Positions 32,197 through 43,570 are shown, numbered from the stretch's first letter. The stretch is 64,000 bases of DNA from Nitrosopumilaceae archaeon (GCA_965200155.1 CBDATR010000010.1:320001-384000), one strand, 5' to 3'. Numbers and translations are program-made. Notes: generated by a model not told the origin, from the sequence alone.

Positions 32197-32339
32197 ATGG
32201 CAGTAACTATGTGTCTAAATTTATGTGTGGTGAATAGCAACGATTAGTGTGATTTGTTCTTGGGTTGACAAATCATAAACTTCCACCATAAAATGGAAAA
32301 GCACCAAGAGTTAAATACTCAAATTGACAATTGTATACC

Positions 32340-32600
32340 GTGCCAACAGCTTATGTGTTGTTGAATTCAGACCTTGGGTCGGACACGACAGTAATAGTAG
32401 AAGTAAAAGACATACTAGCCAATGAGAGTAATATTCGTTATGAGATACAGGGTGTATACGGAGTTTACGACATCGTACTGAAATTGACGGCATCAGATAC
32501 AGATATTTTAAGGTACGTCATAACCAACAAAATACGTAGAATTCCAAAGGTTCAATCTACTCTGACAATGATGGTCATAGAAGAACAAGAGATATTCTAG
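32340..32600 (+). CDS. Lrp/AsnC ligand-binding domain protein
   Basis: AYVLLN..LG, VYGVYDIVLK and IRRIPKVQSTLT. Confidence 0.9.
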   Translation: MPTAYVLLNSDLGSDTTVIVEVKDILANESNIRYEIQGVYGVYDIVLKLTASDTDILRYVITNKIRRIPKVQSTLTMMVIEEQEIF

Positions 32601-32862
32601 TAGTGGTTGGGTTCTCCTAGAAATAATTATGATAATTTAGTTATGTAAAGAGTAAACAAAGGAATCATAAGTTCTAATATATTTTGGGAGATAACTAGTA
32701 CGCCATAACTGTATCTATAATCTCTCCGCAGATATGATGAATCCTCTCTTTCTGCCCTTCTACTGACTGCTGGTCTTGGGTCCAGTAGAATATCTGGGAA
32801 TTACTTGTGTTGCCGTATTTCCATTATGTCACTAAAAACGTAGACGCACATGAAGAATATTC

Positions 32863-33999
32863 CTAAATGTTCTTGACAACCTCAATAGCTTGCATCATCT
32901 CGGACTCAGTATTGTAAAAGTGGGGTGCCGCGCGTACTACCTTGAGACGGCCTATCTCTCGTACTGCCATAATTATTCCCTGATCTTCCATTCTACGTAC
33001 CACCTCATCCGGATCATGATTCTGTACACTGAATGGTACCACACCTATGCGACAATCCGGCGGCCCATACAGCGTAACGCCTTGTATACCGGATAATTCA
33101 TCCCGTAGTATATCACTCATCTTGGTGTTGTGGTGTAGTATGGCGTCCAAACCCCACTGTATTATCACATCCAGTGAGGCATCAAGTCCTGCAAGCCCTA
33201 TAAAATTACGATATCCTGCCTCAAATCTGTTGGGGATGTCTTTTAATGCAACCTTTGTATCATCGTACACCATGGCGGTCTCGCCTCCTACATAAGTGGG
33301 TTCTATTGCATCTATCGCCTTTCGATTACAATATAGGATACCTGTTCCCATGGGGCCGCAGAGCCATTTTGAACAGGGAAATGCCATAAAATCGCATTCC
33401 AACCTAGAAAAGTCATATTCGCCTATACTTCCTACCGACTGGGCCGCATCCACGAAAAAAATTGCGTCTTTCGGAATACTCTTCCTTATGTGCTCTAGCG
33501 GTAACACAGCTCCTGTGTTATACAACACATGACTTAGAGATACCAGTGCTGTATTCTCGTCCAGTCTATTTTCCATATCTTTAATACTAAATAATCCATT
33601 ATTGTCCGTAGGTATGATGCGTATGTCCACACGATCCTGTAGGTGTAGCCACGGAAGTGAGTTTGCATGATGTTCGTATATGACTTCTCTTATAACTAAG
33701 TTGGACCGCGGCCCAAATTTCATTCCACTAGATACGATGTTGATGCCATTTGTTGCGCTCTGTGTAAATATTATCTCATTGATCTGACAATGAAGTATGG
33801 ATGCTATCTTGCGACGGACTTTACTAGATAGATCCTCTATCATTTTTGCGGCAGCTTGTGAGTCTGGACCCACATCGTTATACTGCAGTAAAAAATCATT
33901 CATAGCTTGTATAGATGAGAGGGGTAGTCTAGAAACGGATGCATTATTCATATATGATACGCCCATACTGGGAAACTCGTGATATATGTCAGACACCAT
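32863..33999 (-). CDS. Class V PLP-dependent aminotransferase / cysteine desulfurase-like
   Basis: YMNNAS, EHHAN.LPW, VDAAQSVG, KWLCGPMGTG, RFEAG and HFYNT. Confidence 0.92.
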   Translation of the reverse strand: MVSDIYHEFPSMGVSYMNNASVSRLPLSSIQAMNDFLLQYNDVGPDSQAAAKMIEDLSSKVRRKIASILHCQINEIIFTQSATNGINIVSSGMKFGPRSNLVIREVIYEHHANSLPWLHLQDRVDIRIIPTDNNGLFSIKDMENRLDENTALVSLSHVLYNTGAVLPLEHIRKSIPKDAIFFVDAAQSVGSIGEYDFSRLECDFMAFPCSKWLCGPMGTGILYCNRKAIDAIEPTYVGGETAMVYDDTKVALKDIPNRFEAGYRNFIGLAGLDASLDVIIQWGLDAILHHNTKMSDILRDELSGIQGVTLYGPPDCRIGVVPFSVQNHDPDEVVRRMEDQGIIMAVREIGRLKVVRAAPHFYNTESEMMQAIEVVKNI

Positions 34000-34023
34000 T
34001 TATACCAACAAACCGCCAACTAT

Positions 34024-34584
34024 ATGATGAATAAAGATTCTGTTCAACCAATCCAATTCATGCAGTATGGATTAAATATCATACTATGTTCTCATCCATT
34101 TGCTAAATCAGTATTCTTGGATGCACTGGCACACTCATCCAACAATGCTGTTTTATACCTAGATTTTGATCTTTTGTATAGTGGTTATATAGAATCCGGA
34201 CTCCTAAAACCACGCGATAATGTTACCATATTTCGTCCTCATTTAAAATGGGAGGAGAGTCTTGTTACTATACTCAGTAAAATATCAATGACGCCCTACA
34301 CAGTAATAATAGATTCATTACACGGTATGAGTGCTCTGTGGTCTGATCGCCGTAGTATTCAACGGGTAAACCGTTCCATCATGTTACTTACTGCCCTAAG
34401 TAATGAAGTGGGCACACAGGTAATGGCAACCATGATGGGAGATATGCCAAAACACGGTTGGGCGATGGTGCCTGGTGGAAATTCTCCATCAAACCTTGAT
34501 AGAACATTTGTCATAAACGGGACTTCGAATTCCATACGCCTGCTTAGATACGATGAGCGACCACTGTGCGAGATATTTCTATAA
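34024..34584 (+). CDS. Hypothetical protein with degenerate RecA-like features
   Basis: VLYLDFD and VIIDS motifs without a clear Walker A. Confidence 0.6.
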   Translation: MMNKDSVQPIQFMQYGLNIILCSHPFAKSVFLDALAHSSNNAVLYLDFDLLYSGYIESGLLKPRDNVTIFRPHLKWEESLVTILSKISMTPYTVIIDSLHGMSALWSDRRSIQRVNRSIMLLTALSNEVGTQVMATMMGDMPKHGWAMVPGGNSPSNLDRTFVINGTSNSIRLLRYDERPLCEIFL

Positions 34585-34664
34585 CTGTGTTATATTTCTC
34601 AAACGGCGTTATAGAACTGATCTTTTGAGCAAATTATATTAAGAAAAACCGTAACATGTATGGT

Positions 34665-34964
34665 ATGCCAGTAGGTATTATTCCTGACATTGGTGAGCAG
34701 ATGTGTATTGGCTGCGCGCTATGCGTAGAGATATGCACAAGTTTGGGACCTGATGTCCTTAGGATAAAACCAGTGGAAGGTTGGAAGCGAGGTAAGGCAT
34801 TTGTCTTTTACCCAGAACGATGCATCTCTGATGGTGCATGTATTGGTGTTTGTCCCACCAAGGCAATATTCTGGATGAGGCCGATGGACTTTACCGTTGG
34901 ACAGCCAGTTCCACTGTACAAGAACTCCGTGTTTGAGAACGGCTGGACCGAGCTCATAGATTAA
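34665..34964 (+). CDS. 4Fe-4S dicluster ferredoxin
   Basis: CIGCALCVEIC and CISDGACIGVCP. Confidence 0.93.
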   Translation: MPVGIIPDIGEQMCIGCALCVEICTSLGPDVLRIKPVEGWKRGKAFVFYPERCISDGACIGVCPTKAIFWMRPMDFTVGQPVPLYKNSVFENGWTELID

Positions 34965-35074
34965 AGCTTAGATTTTTCACTTTTTCATTTTACTCCAGTT
35001 TTATTATTTGTGTTATTATTGCACTTGTCTACATTTTTAAAGTAATAAATTAATTATTTGAAAGTAAAATTCAT

Positions 35075-35166
35075 GTATGAGTTCACGTCTTCCGGAATCT
35101 TATGCACAAATCACATTAACTGTCGCGATCAGTTATGCGTAAATTTAGACACAGATGAACTCATAC
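35075..35166 (-). mobile_element. Family-A MITE
   Basis: 92-bp consensus, abuts an older degenerate copy. Confidence 0.93.
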
Positions 35167-35177
35167 GTTCATCTATC

Positions 35178-35924
35178 GTATGAGTTCACGTGTTTTGATC
35201 ATTCACTAAGATATAGATCGGTATGGCAATATTTTACTTAAATACCAAATTTACAATAAGAATCTAATGAGAAGACGCCGGTCCTATAAGGAATTGGAAC
35301 TGGAAAATAAACTTCTTCAGGATACCCTTGCGTCTACCAAGAAAGATATTGCACATTACAAGGAACGTGTGAGAGTATTGGAAGCACATACGTCACACAC
35401 CATAAAAGAAATATGAAATCATATGCAAGATTTCCAAATTATTAGAAATTATGTAAGTGAATTAAAAGAGGAATTAGTAGAAAAAGACAGGAAAATTGCG
35501 GTATTCACAACGCGACTTAAATATTATGAGAATGCTCACTCGCCACCATCCCTTCAATCCCTCCAGTACAAGAAGCGAAAACAGGAGGAACAGAAGCGAA
35601 AACAGGAGGAACAGAAGCGAAAACAGGGAGATAATAAGAAACAGAAAGAAGCCAGTACTAAATCAGCCAAAAAGGCTGGCGCTCAAAAGGGACACAAGGG
35701 GGTTTCCCGTTCCCACAACCCCGGCAGAATAGTGCATCACACCTTTGAGTACACACCAATATGTGAGTGCGGCAATATGATGACAAAAATTGGTTGGAAA
35801 CAACGACACATAACGGAATTAATGTATGAGTTCACCTGTGTCTAAATTTACGCACAACTGATGGAACAGGTTGTTCTAGTTAATGTGATTTGTGCACAAG
35901 ATTCCGGAAGACGTGAACTCATAC
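35178..35924 (+). mobile_element. Hybrid element: IS66 left end with 5' transposase fragment + variant MITE as right end
   Basis: Homologous to 31431-32037, near-TSD CATCTATC/CATCCATC, internal stop and ~21-bp x3 slippage repeat. Confidence 0.88.
35824..35924 (+). mobile_element. Variant family-A MITE (101 bp)
   Basis: Central CGCGAC replaced by GGAACAGGTTGTTCT. Confidence 0.92.
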
Positions 35925-36182
35925 CATCCATCTCTAAATTTACGCACGAAAGATGGCGGTAATTAGTATGATTTAAGCACACGATCTGAGAAGACGTGAA
36001 CTCAAACAATTATTCAGATACATGGACAAATAATTACGCACAAAATTCATCACTGAATTTCTTGACTTATTTGCATAATCTCCTAAAAACAAAATTCCAA
36101 CGATAAACCCTATTTGAGCACAGAATAATGTCTGAACTCTTGCATCTACAAATAAATCGTCGGTGGTAATTATTTCACAAGG

Positions 36183-37505
36183 CTACCATACGTCGTCTAT
36201 CTCATGCAATTCTCCGTACTCCTTTATACGCGGCTTATTGGAGAGTTGAAGGCGGGCTATATCTCTGTCAAATACAAAATCTACTGTCCAGTCCACTACT
36301 AGTCGTATTCGTTTGGATAATGTGGGTATTTTTGAGAGATATATGTTTCTCCACAGGAACCAGGCAAGGCTTCCCCTAATATTCATACCAAAAACTGATG
36401 CTATTCCAGTCCTTTTGCCCAGTATTGCCATTTGGCCTTTTGGCTTGTAACTGAACCGATTTCTTGTTTGGTTATTGATTATGGCATACAGGTTGCGCGC
36501 TATCAATCTGGCCTGTGCCTCGGCCAGTTGGGCAGTAGCAACAAAAGGTTGCTCTGTTGTAGGATCAACGCACAGGGCACAGTCTCCGGCGGCAAACACC
36601 CCCGGAAATCCTTGCGCCTCCAAATACTCGTCCACAACCATCTTCCCACGCTCCGTCTTGAATATGGATCTCTTTATGGTGTTAACCGGTGTAACTCCTG
36701 CTGTCCAAATGACTGTCTTTGCTTGAATGCTGTAGGTCTTTTCTGTCTCTAGATCCTTCACCTGAACCTTACTTCCATCAAAGCCTGTTACGGCTGTATG
36801 CAACTTTATCTTTATGCCCCGCTTTTCCAGCACATCCTGTGTAAATTTTGCCAGCTTGCTAGAGAAGCCTGGAAGTATCTCATTTATTGCCTCCAGAACC
36901 ATTACGGTAATGTCTTCCTCTCGCATGTTTGGATAATGTTTAACTAAATCCATCAAAAAATCATGTACTTCGCCCGCAGTCTCTATTCCGGAGAAGCCTC
37001 CGCCTACAACAACAAACGTAAGCAGACTCTGCTTGATCTCATTGGATTCATGATCTGCCTGCTCCAGCATATCTACTACACGGTTCCGAACTTCTACGGC
37101 ATCATTCAGTGTCTTCATACGGTACGCATTGTTCTCCAAATCACTCATTCCAAAGAAATCTGTTTCACTACCAAGCGCTACCACTAAATAGTCATACTCA
37201 AGCGTCATGCCCGGTTTTTCCGGCGTCCCCCACAATCTTATCTTCTTAGAAGTAGGATTGATATCTTTAACGCGACCCTCGTAAAAATTCGCTCTCTTTA
37301 TTATAATGCGAATGGGCATAACTATGTTCCTGGTCTGTATGGATCCTGATGCTACTTGCGGTAACATGGGTGTGAAAAGTAGAAAATTATCCTCGCTCAC
37401 CAGTGTTATCTCTATGTCTGAATTCTTCCTTGCATGCTTTTGTAACTGCTTTGCACATTCAACTCCCGCAAAGCCACCTCCCAATATTACAATCCGCTTG
37501 CCCAT
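36183..37505 (-). CDS. ndh: Type II NADH:quinone oxidoreductase
   Basis: Two Rossmann motifs (ILGGGFAG, VVGGGFSGIETAGE), FTPML, WTAGV and AGD. Confidence 0.92.
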   Translation of the reverse strand: MGKRIVILGGGFAGVECAKQLQKHARKNSDIEITLVSEDNFLLFTPMLPQVASGSIQTRNIVMPIRIIIKRANFYEGRVKDINPTSKKIRLWGTPEKPGMTLEYDYLVVALGSETDFFGMSDLENNAYRMKTLNDAVEVRNRVVDMLEQADHESNEIKQSLLTFVVVGGGFSGIETAGEVHDFLMDLVKHYPNMREEDITVMVLEAINEILPGFSSKLAKFTQDVLEKRGIKIKLHTAVTGFDGSKVQVKDLETEKTYSIQAKTVIWTAGVTPVNTIKRSIFKTERGKMVVDEYLEAQGFPGVFAAGDCALCVDPTTEQPFVATAQLAEAQARLIARNLYAIINNQTRNRFSYKPKGQMAILGKRTGIASVFGMNIRGSLAWFLWRNIYLSKIPTLSKRIRLVVDWTVDFVFDRDIARLQLSNKPRIKEYGELHEIDDVW

Positions 37506-37512
37506 GATGTCT

Positions 37513-38172
37513 TCATAACGTTCTGACTATGTCTGAGCGCAGGACTTCATACGCCCGTGACGCATGCCTCTCATTCACAACTAGGGTGGTCTCATTTTCG
37601 CTGAAAAAGGCATTACGTAACTCGATACCATTGTTATGTAATACCTCTGCAATATAGGAAACAACATCGGGCTGGGAATGTCTGGGGGGGATGGTAACCT
37701 TGATCCGGGCTAAACCGGTGTTACATGTTCGTTCCCCGCTGATCTCATCAAGGACCTTTCGCACGGCCTCCATATCGACGGCCAAAAACCTAACAGAGTC
37801 TGCCATCCTGAAAAAGTCATAGTCATCGGTGGCCTCCGCGAGTTTGGTAAGTATGGCCACGGGCTCCATGCCCAATTCTTCCACAGACAGATGAATGTCT
37901 AATATACCATCGGTGAGCGAGAGTCGTGCGTTCTTGAGTATGCTCCCCTCGCGCAATTCTTCTCCATCAAACGAATCTGCATACCTCTTGAGCGCTACCA
38001 CCACCGTGTTGAGGTTGACTGGCCGTCCTGTCTCTCTCTCCACATCCGGACGTATGCGAATGGCTAGGGCTGTATAGTTTATGACGTTCATCTTTATGCA
38101 GTCATATATGGAACGGTTCCTGGTTACAATCTCCCGTATTACGTCGGTAACCGAAACTCCTGTCGTCCTCAT
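37513..38172 (-). CDS. Archaeal ACT-domain regulatory protein
   Basis: VINYTALA..I, VVVALKRY and C-terminal ACT-like LHNNGIE...ETTLVV. Confidence 0.8.
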   Translation of the reverse strand: MRTTGVSVTDVIREIVTRNRSIYDCIKMNVINYTALAIRIRPDVERETGRPVNLNTVVVALKRYADSFDGEELREGSILKNARLSLTDGILDIHLSVEELGMEPVAILTKLAEATDDYDFFRMADSVRFLAVDMEAVRKVLDEISGERTCNTGLARIKVTIPPRHSQPDVVSYIAEVLHNNGIELRNAFFSENETTLVVNERHASRAYEVLRSDIVRTL

Positions 38173-38290
38173 ACCATAATAAAGTTCTGTCACACATATT
38201 AGCATTGTTTTATAGCATTACATTTACTGTCAATTTTTGCTACTAAGACTGTAATAACTTATATTATGTAATAGTGATTACATAAGTAAT

Positions 38291-38749
38291 ATGAAAATTA
38301 CAACATTTGAAGATTTTGACAAAGTCTTCAATAGCATAGTTATGGGCCGATTCCCTGTCGGCCTGCCAGTATGGTATAGTTATGAGGTTGTAGAGTCTAA
38401 TGACGCATCCGGGTCTCGCGTAACGGGGTGCAATACCGGTTCATACGAGGCATGTGGTTGTGACCAGAGTCGGGAGATACAGGTAGATGTCATAGAGGAC
38501 GAAAAGAATGGTAAGGTAAAGTTGGTGGCAGAGATACCCGGGGTAGAGAAGAAGGACATAAGCGTGACACTTGAGGGACGCGAGGTCGTGATCAAGACCA
38601 CCCGCGACGACAAGTCATATGATGCCAAGGTATCCATTAAGCAGAGGGTAAGCCCCGACAGTGCAACCGCGTCATATCGTAACGGTATTCTGGAGATTGT
38701 CTTTAATGTGGACAACAGAACTAGGGGAAAAACGGTGAGGGTGAACTAA
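38291..38749 (+). CDS. hsp20: Small heat-shock protein
   Basis: VAEIPGVEKKDI and A.ASYRNGILEI alpha-crystallin motifs. Confidence 0.93.
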   Translation: MKITTFEDFDKVFNSIVMGRFPVGLPVWYSYEVVESNDASGSRVTGCNTGSYEACGCDQSREIQVDVIEDEKNGKVKLVAEIPGVEKKDISVTLEGREVVIKTTRDDKSYDAKVSIKQRVSPDSATASYRNGILEIVFNVDNRTRGKTVRVN

Positions 38750-38774
38750 TCCTCTTTTTTTTTATTATGGTGAT

Positions 38775-40883
38775 ATGGTGATGGAGTCAGAAAAATATAC
38801 ACTAAAGGTCTCGGAGATGGCACGACGTCATGGTGGTCTGGGACGGGCAGTGGTGGACCCACAGGTTGTGGAGACGGCTAATTGGACAACTGGCCAGATT
38901 CTTGAGGTATCTTATGGAAAAACGACTTTTGTAAGACTGTGGCCGGGTTCGGTGTTATATAGATCTGGTGTCATAGAGATAGATGGCATAACCCGGCAGA
39001 ACGCGGGAGCTGGCATAGGCGACCGAGTTATAGTGAGGAGTAGCACTGCGCATGTGGGTCGCGAGGTTGTACTCTCGCCTACTGAGAATGTACAAGTGAG
39101 TGGATTGGGGGAATTTGTCCAACAAAACTATGTCAATCGCGTAATGAGCTTGGGTGATGGCATAATTGCCGGAACGCATCTTGGATATCGTGTGCAGCTC
39201 ATTGTAGTATCCACAAAACCCTCCAGCCCAGTGATAATAGACAGGGATACCCGAATTATAGTGGGCAAGCCGGGAATGTCTGCAGCAGCTCCCGGATTCA
39301 CTTATGATGATTTGGGGGGACTGGATACGGAGATCAAAAAGATTAGGGAGATGGTCGAGCTTCCACTACGACACCCGGAACTCTTTGAGAAGGTTGGCGT
39401 GGATGCTCCAAAAGGCGTATTACTGTATGGCCCGCCCGGTACCGGTAAAACCCTGCTGGCCCGCGCAGTGGCAGGTGAGACCAGCGCGAACTTTTTGCAT
39501 GTTAGCGGTCCGGAGATAATGGGAAAATATCATGGTGAGAGCGAGGAGCGGCTCCGGGATATCTTTAGAGACGCATCAGAGAATGCGCCTTCCATAATAT
39601 TCATTGACGAGATTGATTCTATAGCTCCCAAGCGAGATGATGTGGCAGGCGAGGTCGAGAAGCGCGTGGTCTCCCAACTACTAACGCTTATGGACGGTCT
39701 CAAGAACAGGGGCAAGGTTGTGGTAGTTGCCGCCACAAACCGTCCTGATTCTATTGATCCTGCCTTACGGCGGGGTGGCCGGTTCGACAGGGAGATGGAG
39801 ATAGGCATACCTGACTATTCTGGCAGGCAGGATATATTGCGGATACACACGCATGGGATGCCCCTTGTAGAAGTTGACTTGGACCAGATAGCTCGCGTGA
39901 CTCACGGCTTTGTGGGTGCGGATTTACAGGCACTCTCAAAGGAGGCTGCAATGTCCTCGTTGAGGCGTATTATGCCCAAAATTGATTTGGAACAGGAGCG
40001 AATATCTCCAGATATATTGCAGCAGATTCAAATAGTGCCGGAGGACTTTCGGGGAGCCCTGCGGGAGGTTCGGCCCAGCGCCCTGCGGGAGGTTTTGGTT
40101 CAGGTGCCTGATGTAAAGTGGAGTGATGTGGGCGGACTAGATAGACTGAAGGCAGATCTGCGGGAAGCAACCGAGTGGCCACTAAAGTATGCTGATGCCT
40201 TCAAGCATGTGGATGCCACGTCTCCCAAAGGTATAATGTTACACGGACCTCCCGGGACCGGAAAGACGCTGGTGGCCAAAGCACTAGCACACGAGACTGA
40301 CTCCAATTTCATCAGTATCAAGGGACCGGAATTACTTTCCAAGTGGGTAGGTGAATCTGAGAAGGGCATACGGGAGGTCTTCCGTAAGGCGCGCCAGGCA
40401 GCGCCCTGTGTCATATTCTTCGACGAGATGGATTCGCTTACTCCTAGGCGTGGCATGGACATGGGTACCCATGTTACCGAGAACGTAGTGTCTCAGATAC
40501 TCTCGGAGATGGACGGTTTGGAGGAGTTGCATGATGTGGTTGTGGTTGGCGCCACAAACCGTGTGGATATGATAGACGAGGCGCTTTTGCGTCCCGGCAG
40601 ATTTGACTTGGTGATAGAGGTGCCCAGTCCTGACAGTAAGGGCAGGGCGCAAATATTGCGTATACACACAAGGAATAAGCCCCTGTCCAGTAACGTTGAC
40701 TTTGGGGCGCTGGTAGAGTCTACTGACGGTTTCACTGGCGCCCAACTCATGGCTGTAACCAACATTGCGGCCATGTCTGCACTGCGGCGATATGTGGAAT
40801 GCGGCAGTTCCGTTAATGATACTGTTATACTGATGGATGATCTGGAGCGCGCGGTAAAGAAGATTAAATTCGTGCCTAACTAG
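38775..40883 (+). CDS. cdc48: CDC48/VAT family AAA ATPase
   Basis: Two AAA modules (GPPGTGKT x2, IFIDEID / IFFDEMD, RRGGRFD / RPGRFD). Confidence 0.96.
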   Translation: MVMESEKYTLKVSEMARRHGGLGRAVVDPQVVETANWTTGQILEVSYGKTTFVRLWPGSVLYRSGVIEIDGITRQNAGAGIGDRVIVRSSTAHVGREVVLSPTENVQVSGLGEFVQQNYVNRVMSLGDGIIAGTHLGYRVQLIVVSTKPSSPVIIDRDTRIIVGKPGMSAAAPGFTYDDLGGLDTEIKKIREMVELPLRHPELFEKVGVDAPKGVLLYGPPGTGKTLLARAVAGETSANFLHVSGPEIMGKYHGESEERLRDIFRDASENAPSIIFIDEIDSIAPKRDDVAGEVEKRVVSQLLTLMDGLKNRGKVVVVAATNRPDSIDPALRRGGRFDREMEIGIPDYSGRQDILRIHTHGMPLVEVDLDQIARVTHGFVGADLQALSKEAAMSSLRRIMPKIDLEQERISPDILQQIQIVPEDFRGALREVRPSALREVLVQVPDVKWSDVGGLDRLKADLREATEWPLKYADAFKHVDATSPKGIMLHGPPGTGKTLVAKALAHETDSNFISIKGPELLSKWVGESEKGIREVFRKARQAAPCVIFFDEMDSLTPRRGMDMGTHVTENVVSQILSEMDGLEELHDVVVVGATNRVDMIDEALLRPGRFDLVIEVPSPDSKGRAQILRIHTRNKPLSSNVDFGALVESTDGFTGAQLMAVTNIAAMSALRRYVECGSSVNDTVILMDDLERAVKKIKFVPN

Positions 40884-41213
40884 ATTCTTCTTGTAATAAG
40901 AATGGCATTCATTGGTTGATATTGGTATGTGTCTGCCACAACATTTGGGGTAGCTACGCGTGGTAAGTTCCACAAGTCTTTGCACAGTTATGATGACGCC
41001 TGACCGGCAAGTTTGTTGTATATCTCAATCATGTAGACAAATCACATTGATAGAAAAAAGTTTGTATATTTCCGTTACACAAACATATGTTGGCAGCCAT
41101 TAGATCCAAACATTCAAATCTGAGAATATATAACAAGTTAGGTGACATTAATTGACAACAGGAAATACGTCCAGTGAGGGGTCTGCTGTTTGTCTTCAAC
41201 CATGTGTGGGATT

Positions 41214-41354
41214 GTAACCGTTTAGGTCACCTCCGGGCAACTGTTGAAAACACAGCGCTAACATGTCCATTCTTACCTTTTCTATCATGTTGCATTACAT
41301 ATGCCTAGGAATTTACCATTAGGTGTTGATCTTTAACGCGACCTAAACGGTTAC
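41214..41354. mobile_element. Family-B MITE
   Basis: Perfect 15-bp TIR GTAACCGTTTAGGTC / GACCTAAACGGTTAC. Confidence 0.8.
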
Positions 41355-41485
41355 ACCCGGGGACTTGTATTGGTCACTATAACTAGGCCTCTGTCAGCAG
41401 TGACTGGTATACGAGGCCATGACAAAGCGTGCACAACATACACTTAGCCTGATCCCACGGTATGGGATTAGCGCGTCAGTCCCTG

Positions 41486-41644
41486 TTAGCGGCGCTTGTA
41501 ATCCCTGACAATAATTATCACGATCCATACAAGTGATATGGCTATGGTACCAACACCAAGGCCTGCATAGAAAGGTCCCTCTAACTGGGTCATGCCTAAT
41601 CCTATGATGATTAGAACTACCGCCGCGGCGTATTGCTTATCCAT
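41486..41644 (-). CDS. Small two-TM hypothetical protein
   Basis: MDKQYAAAVVLIIIGLG..., basic C-terminus. Confidence 0.6.
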   Translation of the reverse strand: MDKQYAAAVVLIIIGLGMTQLEGPFYAGLGVGTIAISLVWIVIIIVRDYKRR

Positions 41645-41755
41645 GTGTTGTAATATCACATCATGCATATATGAGCATGGCAGATTTACGCGATACACAA
41701 ATTCATCACATATCCACTAATCCGATATCTGAGTGACGCATCTCATTATGTCTAC

Positions 41756-41847
41756 GTATGAGTTCACCTGTGTCTAAATTTACGCACAACTGATCGCGAC
41801 AGTTAATGTGATTTGTGCACAAGATTCCGGAAGACGTGAACTCATAC
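41756..41847 (+). mobile_element. Family-A MITE
   Basis: TSD ATGTCTAC. Confidence 0.95.
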
Positions 41848-41944
41848 ATGTCTACAGTCTCCGCTTACGTGGCAGTGAAACTACCGCCTTCAAGCTGCTC
41901 GACAAGGGGGAGATAATATGGTAAACTATCTGGACCACAGTAAT

Positions 41945-43522
41945 TCATGCCGATTGTGCGCACTCTTCATTCCGCTTTGTTCTCTTGCGAAACATATCGC
42001 GCAATATGAAGAGGGCTAGTGCCGGGGATCCCATATATGATACTAAAATTAACACAATTGTTAACACACCATATGTGAGGGCAGTAACCTCTGTGTCCAT
42101 ATTGGCATAGTTCAGTACAGAGAGTGCTGATAGCATGGGTGTTATGGACACTCTTACAACTTCTCGAAATAGGGGATTCTCTCGCTCATAGTCTGCTATG
42201 GTGGGGCTGAAGGTGTAGTATATGGAGTTAAACCCATTCAGAAAGTCGGCCCCAACTTTTGTCTGAGACAGGGACATATCTCGAATCTCACGAAGCTGTT
42301 GCACTTGGGGGGCCATTTCTGTTCCAAATGCGGCAGTAGCTATGAGACAGCCGCCGCCCAAATTAGATATGGGATCCTCCGGCGTGGCCTCCTCTGTTCG
42401 ATTTAAAATCTGGAACGATTGAAGGGATTCTTCCAACATCGCCGCATCTGTATCAAAGAATTCCATTTCACTAGTGAGCAGGAATGTATAGATCATGTCT
42501 TCAGCAATCATGGTTACCTCTCGATGCTTGATTGAGACAGTACCCATATCTGTATCAAACAGGTTAGTTGCCTCCAGTACAAATGCTGGCGTGTTGTTTA
42601 CCTCTGTCATTTCTTGTAATATAATTTGAAATGGTCCCGCGTCTGTCAATACTTCCAAATCCGCAAGCTTGGACTCCACTATAGCATCCAGCGTACTTCC
42701 GTCTGCCGGTATTGCATGTATGGCAATAGATGAGGGCAAGGCTCCAATTTGAGGAGCGACTGCCACTGCATTGGGCAAGCCGGGTCCAGATAATCTCTGT
42801 ACTACCCATCCCGTAGGGAATTTTACAGAAAAGTTCAGCTCTGGTATCTCTAGGGTTCCGTCAATGGTACTTGGCTCCTCGTCAACAAAAGTGGTCCGCA
42901 CAGGTGGACTCTGATCTAACAGCTCCATACCCGCTGCTGTTGCTTGGGCGCGTGTCATTACCTCTGTTGTCGTTATCCTAACTGATTCTGGGAAGAGCGG
43001 CCTGTCTTGTGCATCGGTGCTTGTTGCCGCTATGGTATCCAGTGTACGATAGCTATCATCAGTTACAAGTCTGCCAAATACGGTATATTGCGTATCCAGA
43101 AAGTTAGAGTTCTGGTGCACAATAAAGAACTGGGATCCAGCACTGTCTGGATTGGCGGATCTTGCCATAGACACTATGCCCCGACTATGCATAATGTCAT
43201 TAAATTCGGCTACCAGCATCTCATCTGGCCCTCCCGTTCCCCAAAGGTCTTGGGGACCACCGGGTCTTGTATTAGGATCACCGCCCTGTATCATAAAACC
43301 TGATATTATTCGATGAAATAGTGTGTTGTCATAATATCCGTCCTGGGCCAGCCCAACAAAATTTGCTACATGGTTGGGGGCATCTTCGGGGAAGAATTCT
43401 ATAACCAGTTCTCCCTGCGGAGTGTATAATATCACAATGTCATCATCCAAGCTTTGGGCGAATACATTACCGGTTACACCTATTGCCACCACTAGTATAA
43501 AAATGGGCAAAAGTCGTATCAA
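41945..43522 (-). CDS. Secreted cyclophilin-type PPIase with PsbP-like domain and CFI-box C-terminal anchor
   Basis: Signal peptide, FHRIISGFMIQGGDP, SAGSQFFI, GGGCLIATAAFGTE and C-terminal TM. Confidence 0.92.
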   Translation of the reverse strand: MIRLLPIFILVVAIGVTGNVFAQSLDDDIVILYTPQGELVIEFFPEDAPNHVANFVGLAQDGYYDNTLFHRIISGFMIQGGDPNTRPGGPQDLWGTGGPDEMLVAEFNDIMHSRGIVSMARSANPDSAGSQFFIVHQNSNFLDTQYTVFGRLVTDDSYRTLDTIAATSTDAQDRPLFPESVRITTTEVMTRAQATAAGMELLDQSPPVRTTFVDEEPSTIDGTLEIPELNFSVKFPTGWVVQRLSGPGLPNAVAVAPQIGALPSSIAIHAIPADGSTLDAIVESKLADLEVLTDAGPFQIILQEMTEVNNTPAFVLEATNLFDTDMGTVSIKHREVTMIAEDMIYTFLLTSEMEFFDTDAAMLEESLQSFQILNRTEEATPEDPISNLGGGCLIATAAFGTEMAPQVQQLREIRDMSLSQTKVGADFLNGFNSIYYTFSPTIADYERENPLFREVVRVSITPMLSALSVLNYANMDTEVTALTYGVLTIVLILVSYMGSPALALFILRDMFRKRTKRNEECAQSA

Positions 43523-43570
43523 TATCGGCGTTTCTTGTGTGCCATATAAAAGCTAAATGAACCGCGCGGA

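Noticed and set aside
35570-35630. 21-bp x3 repeat (KRKQEEQ)
   Set aside because: Ordinary slippage in an already dead transposase fragment.
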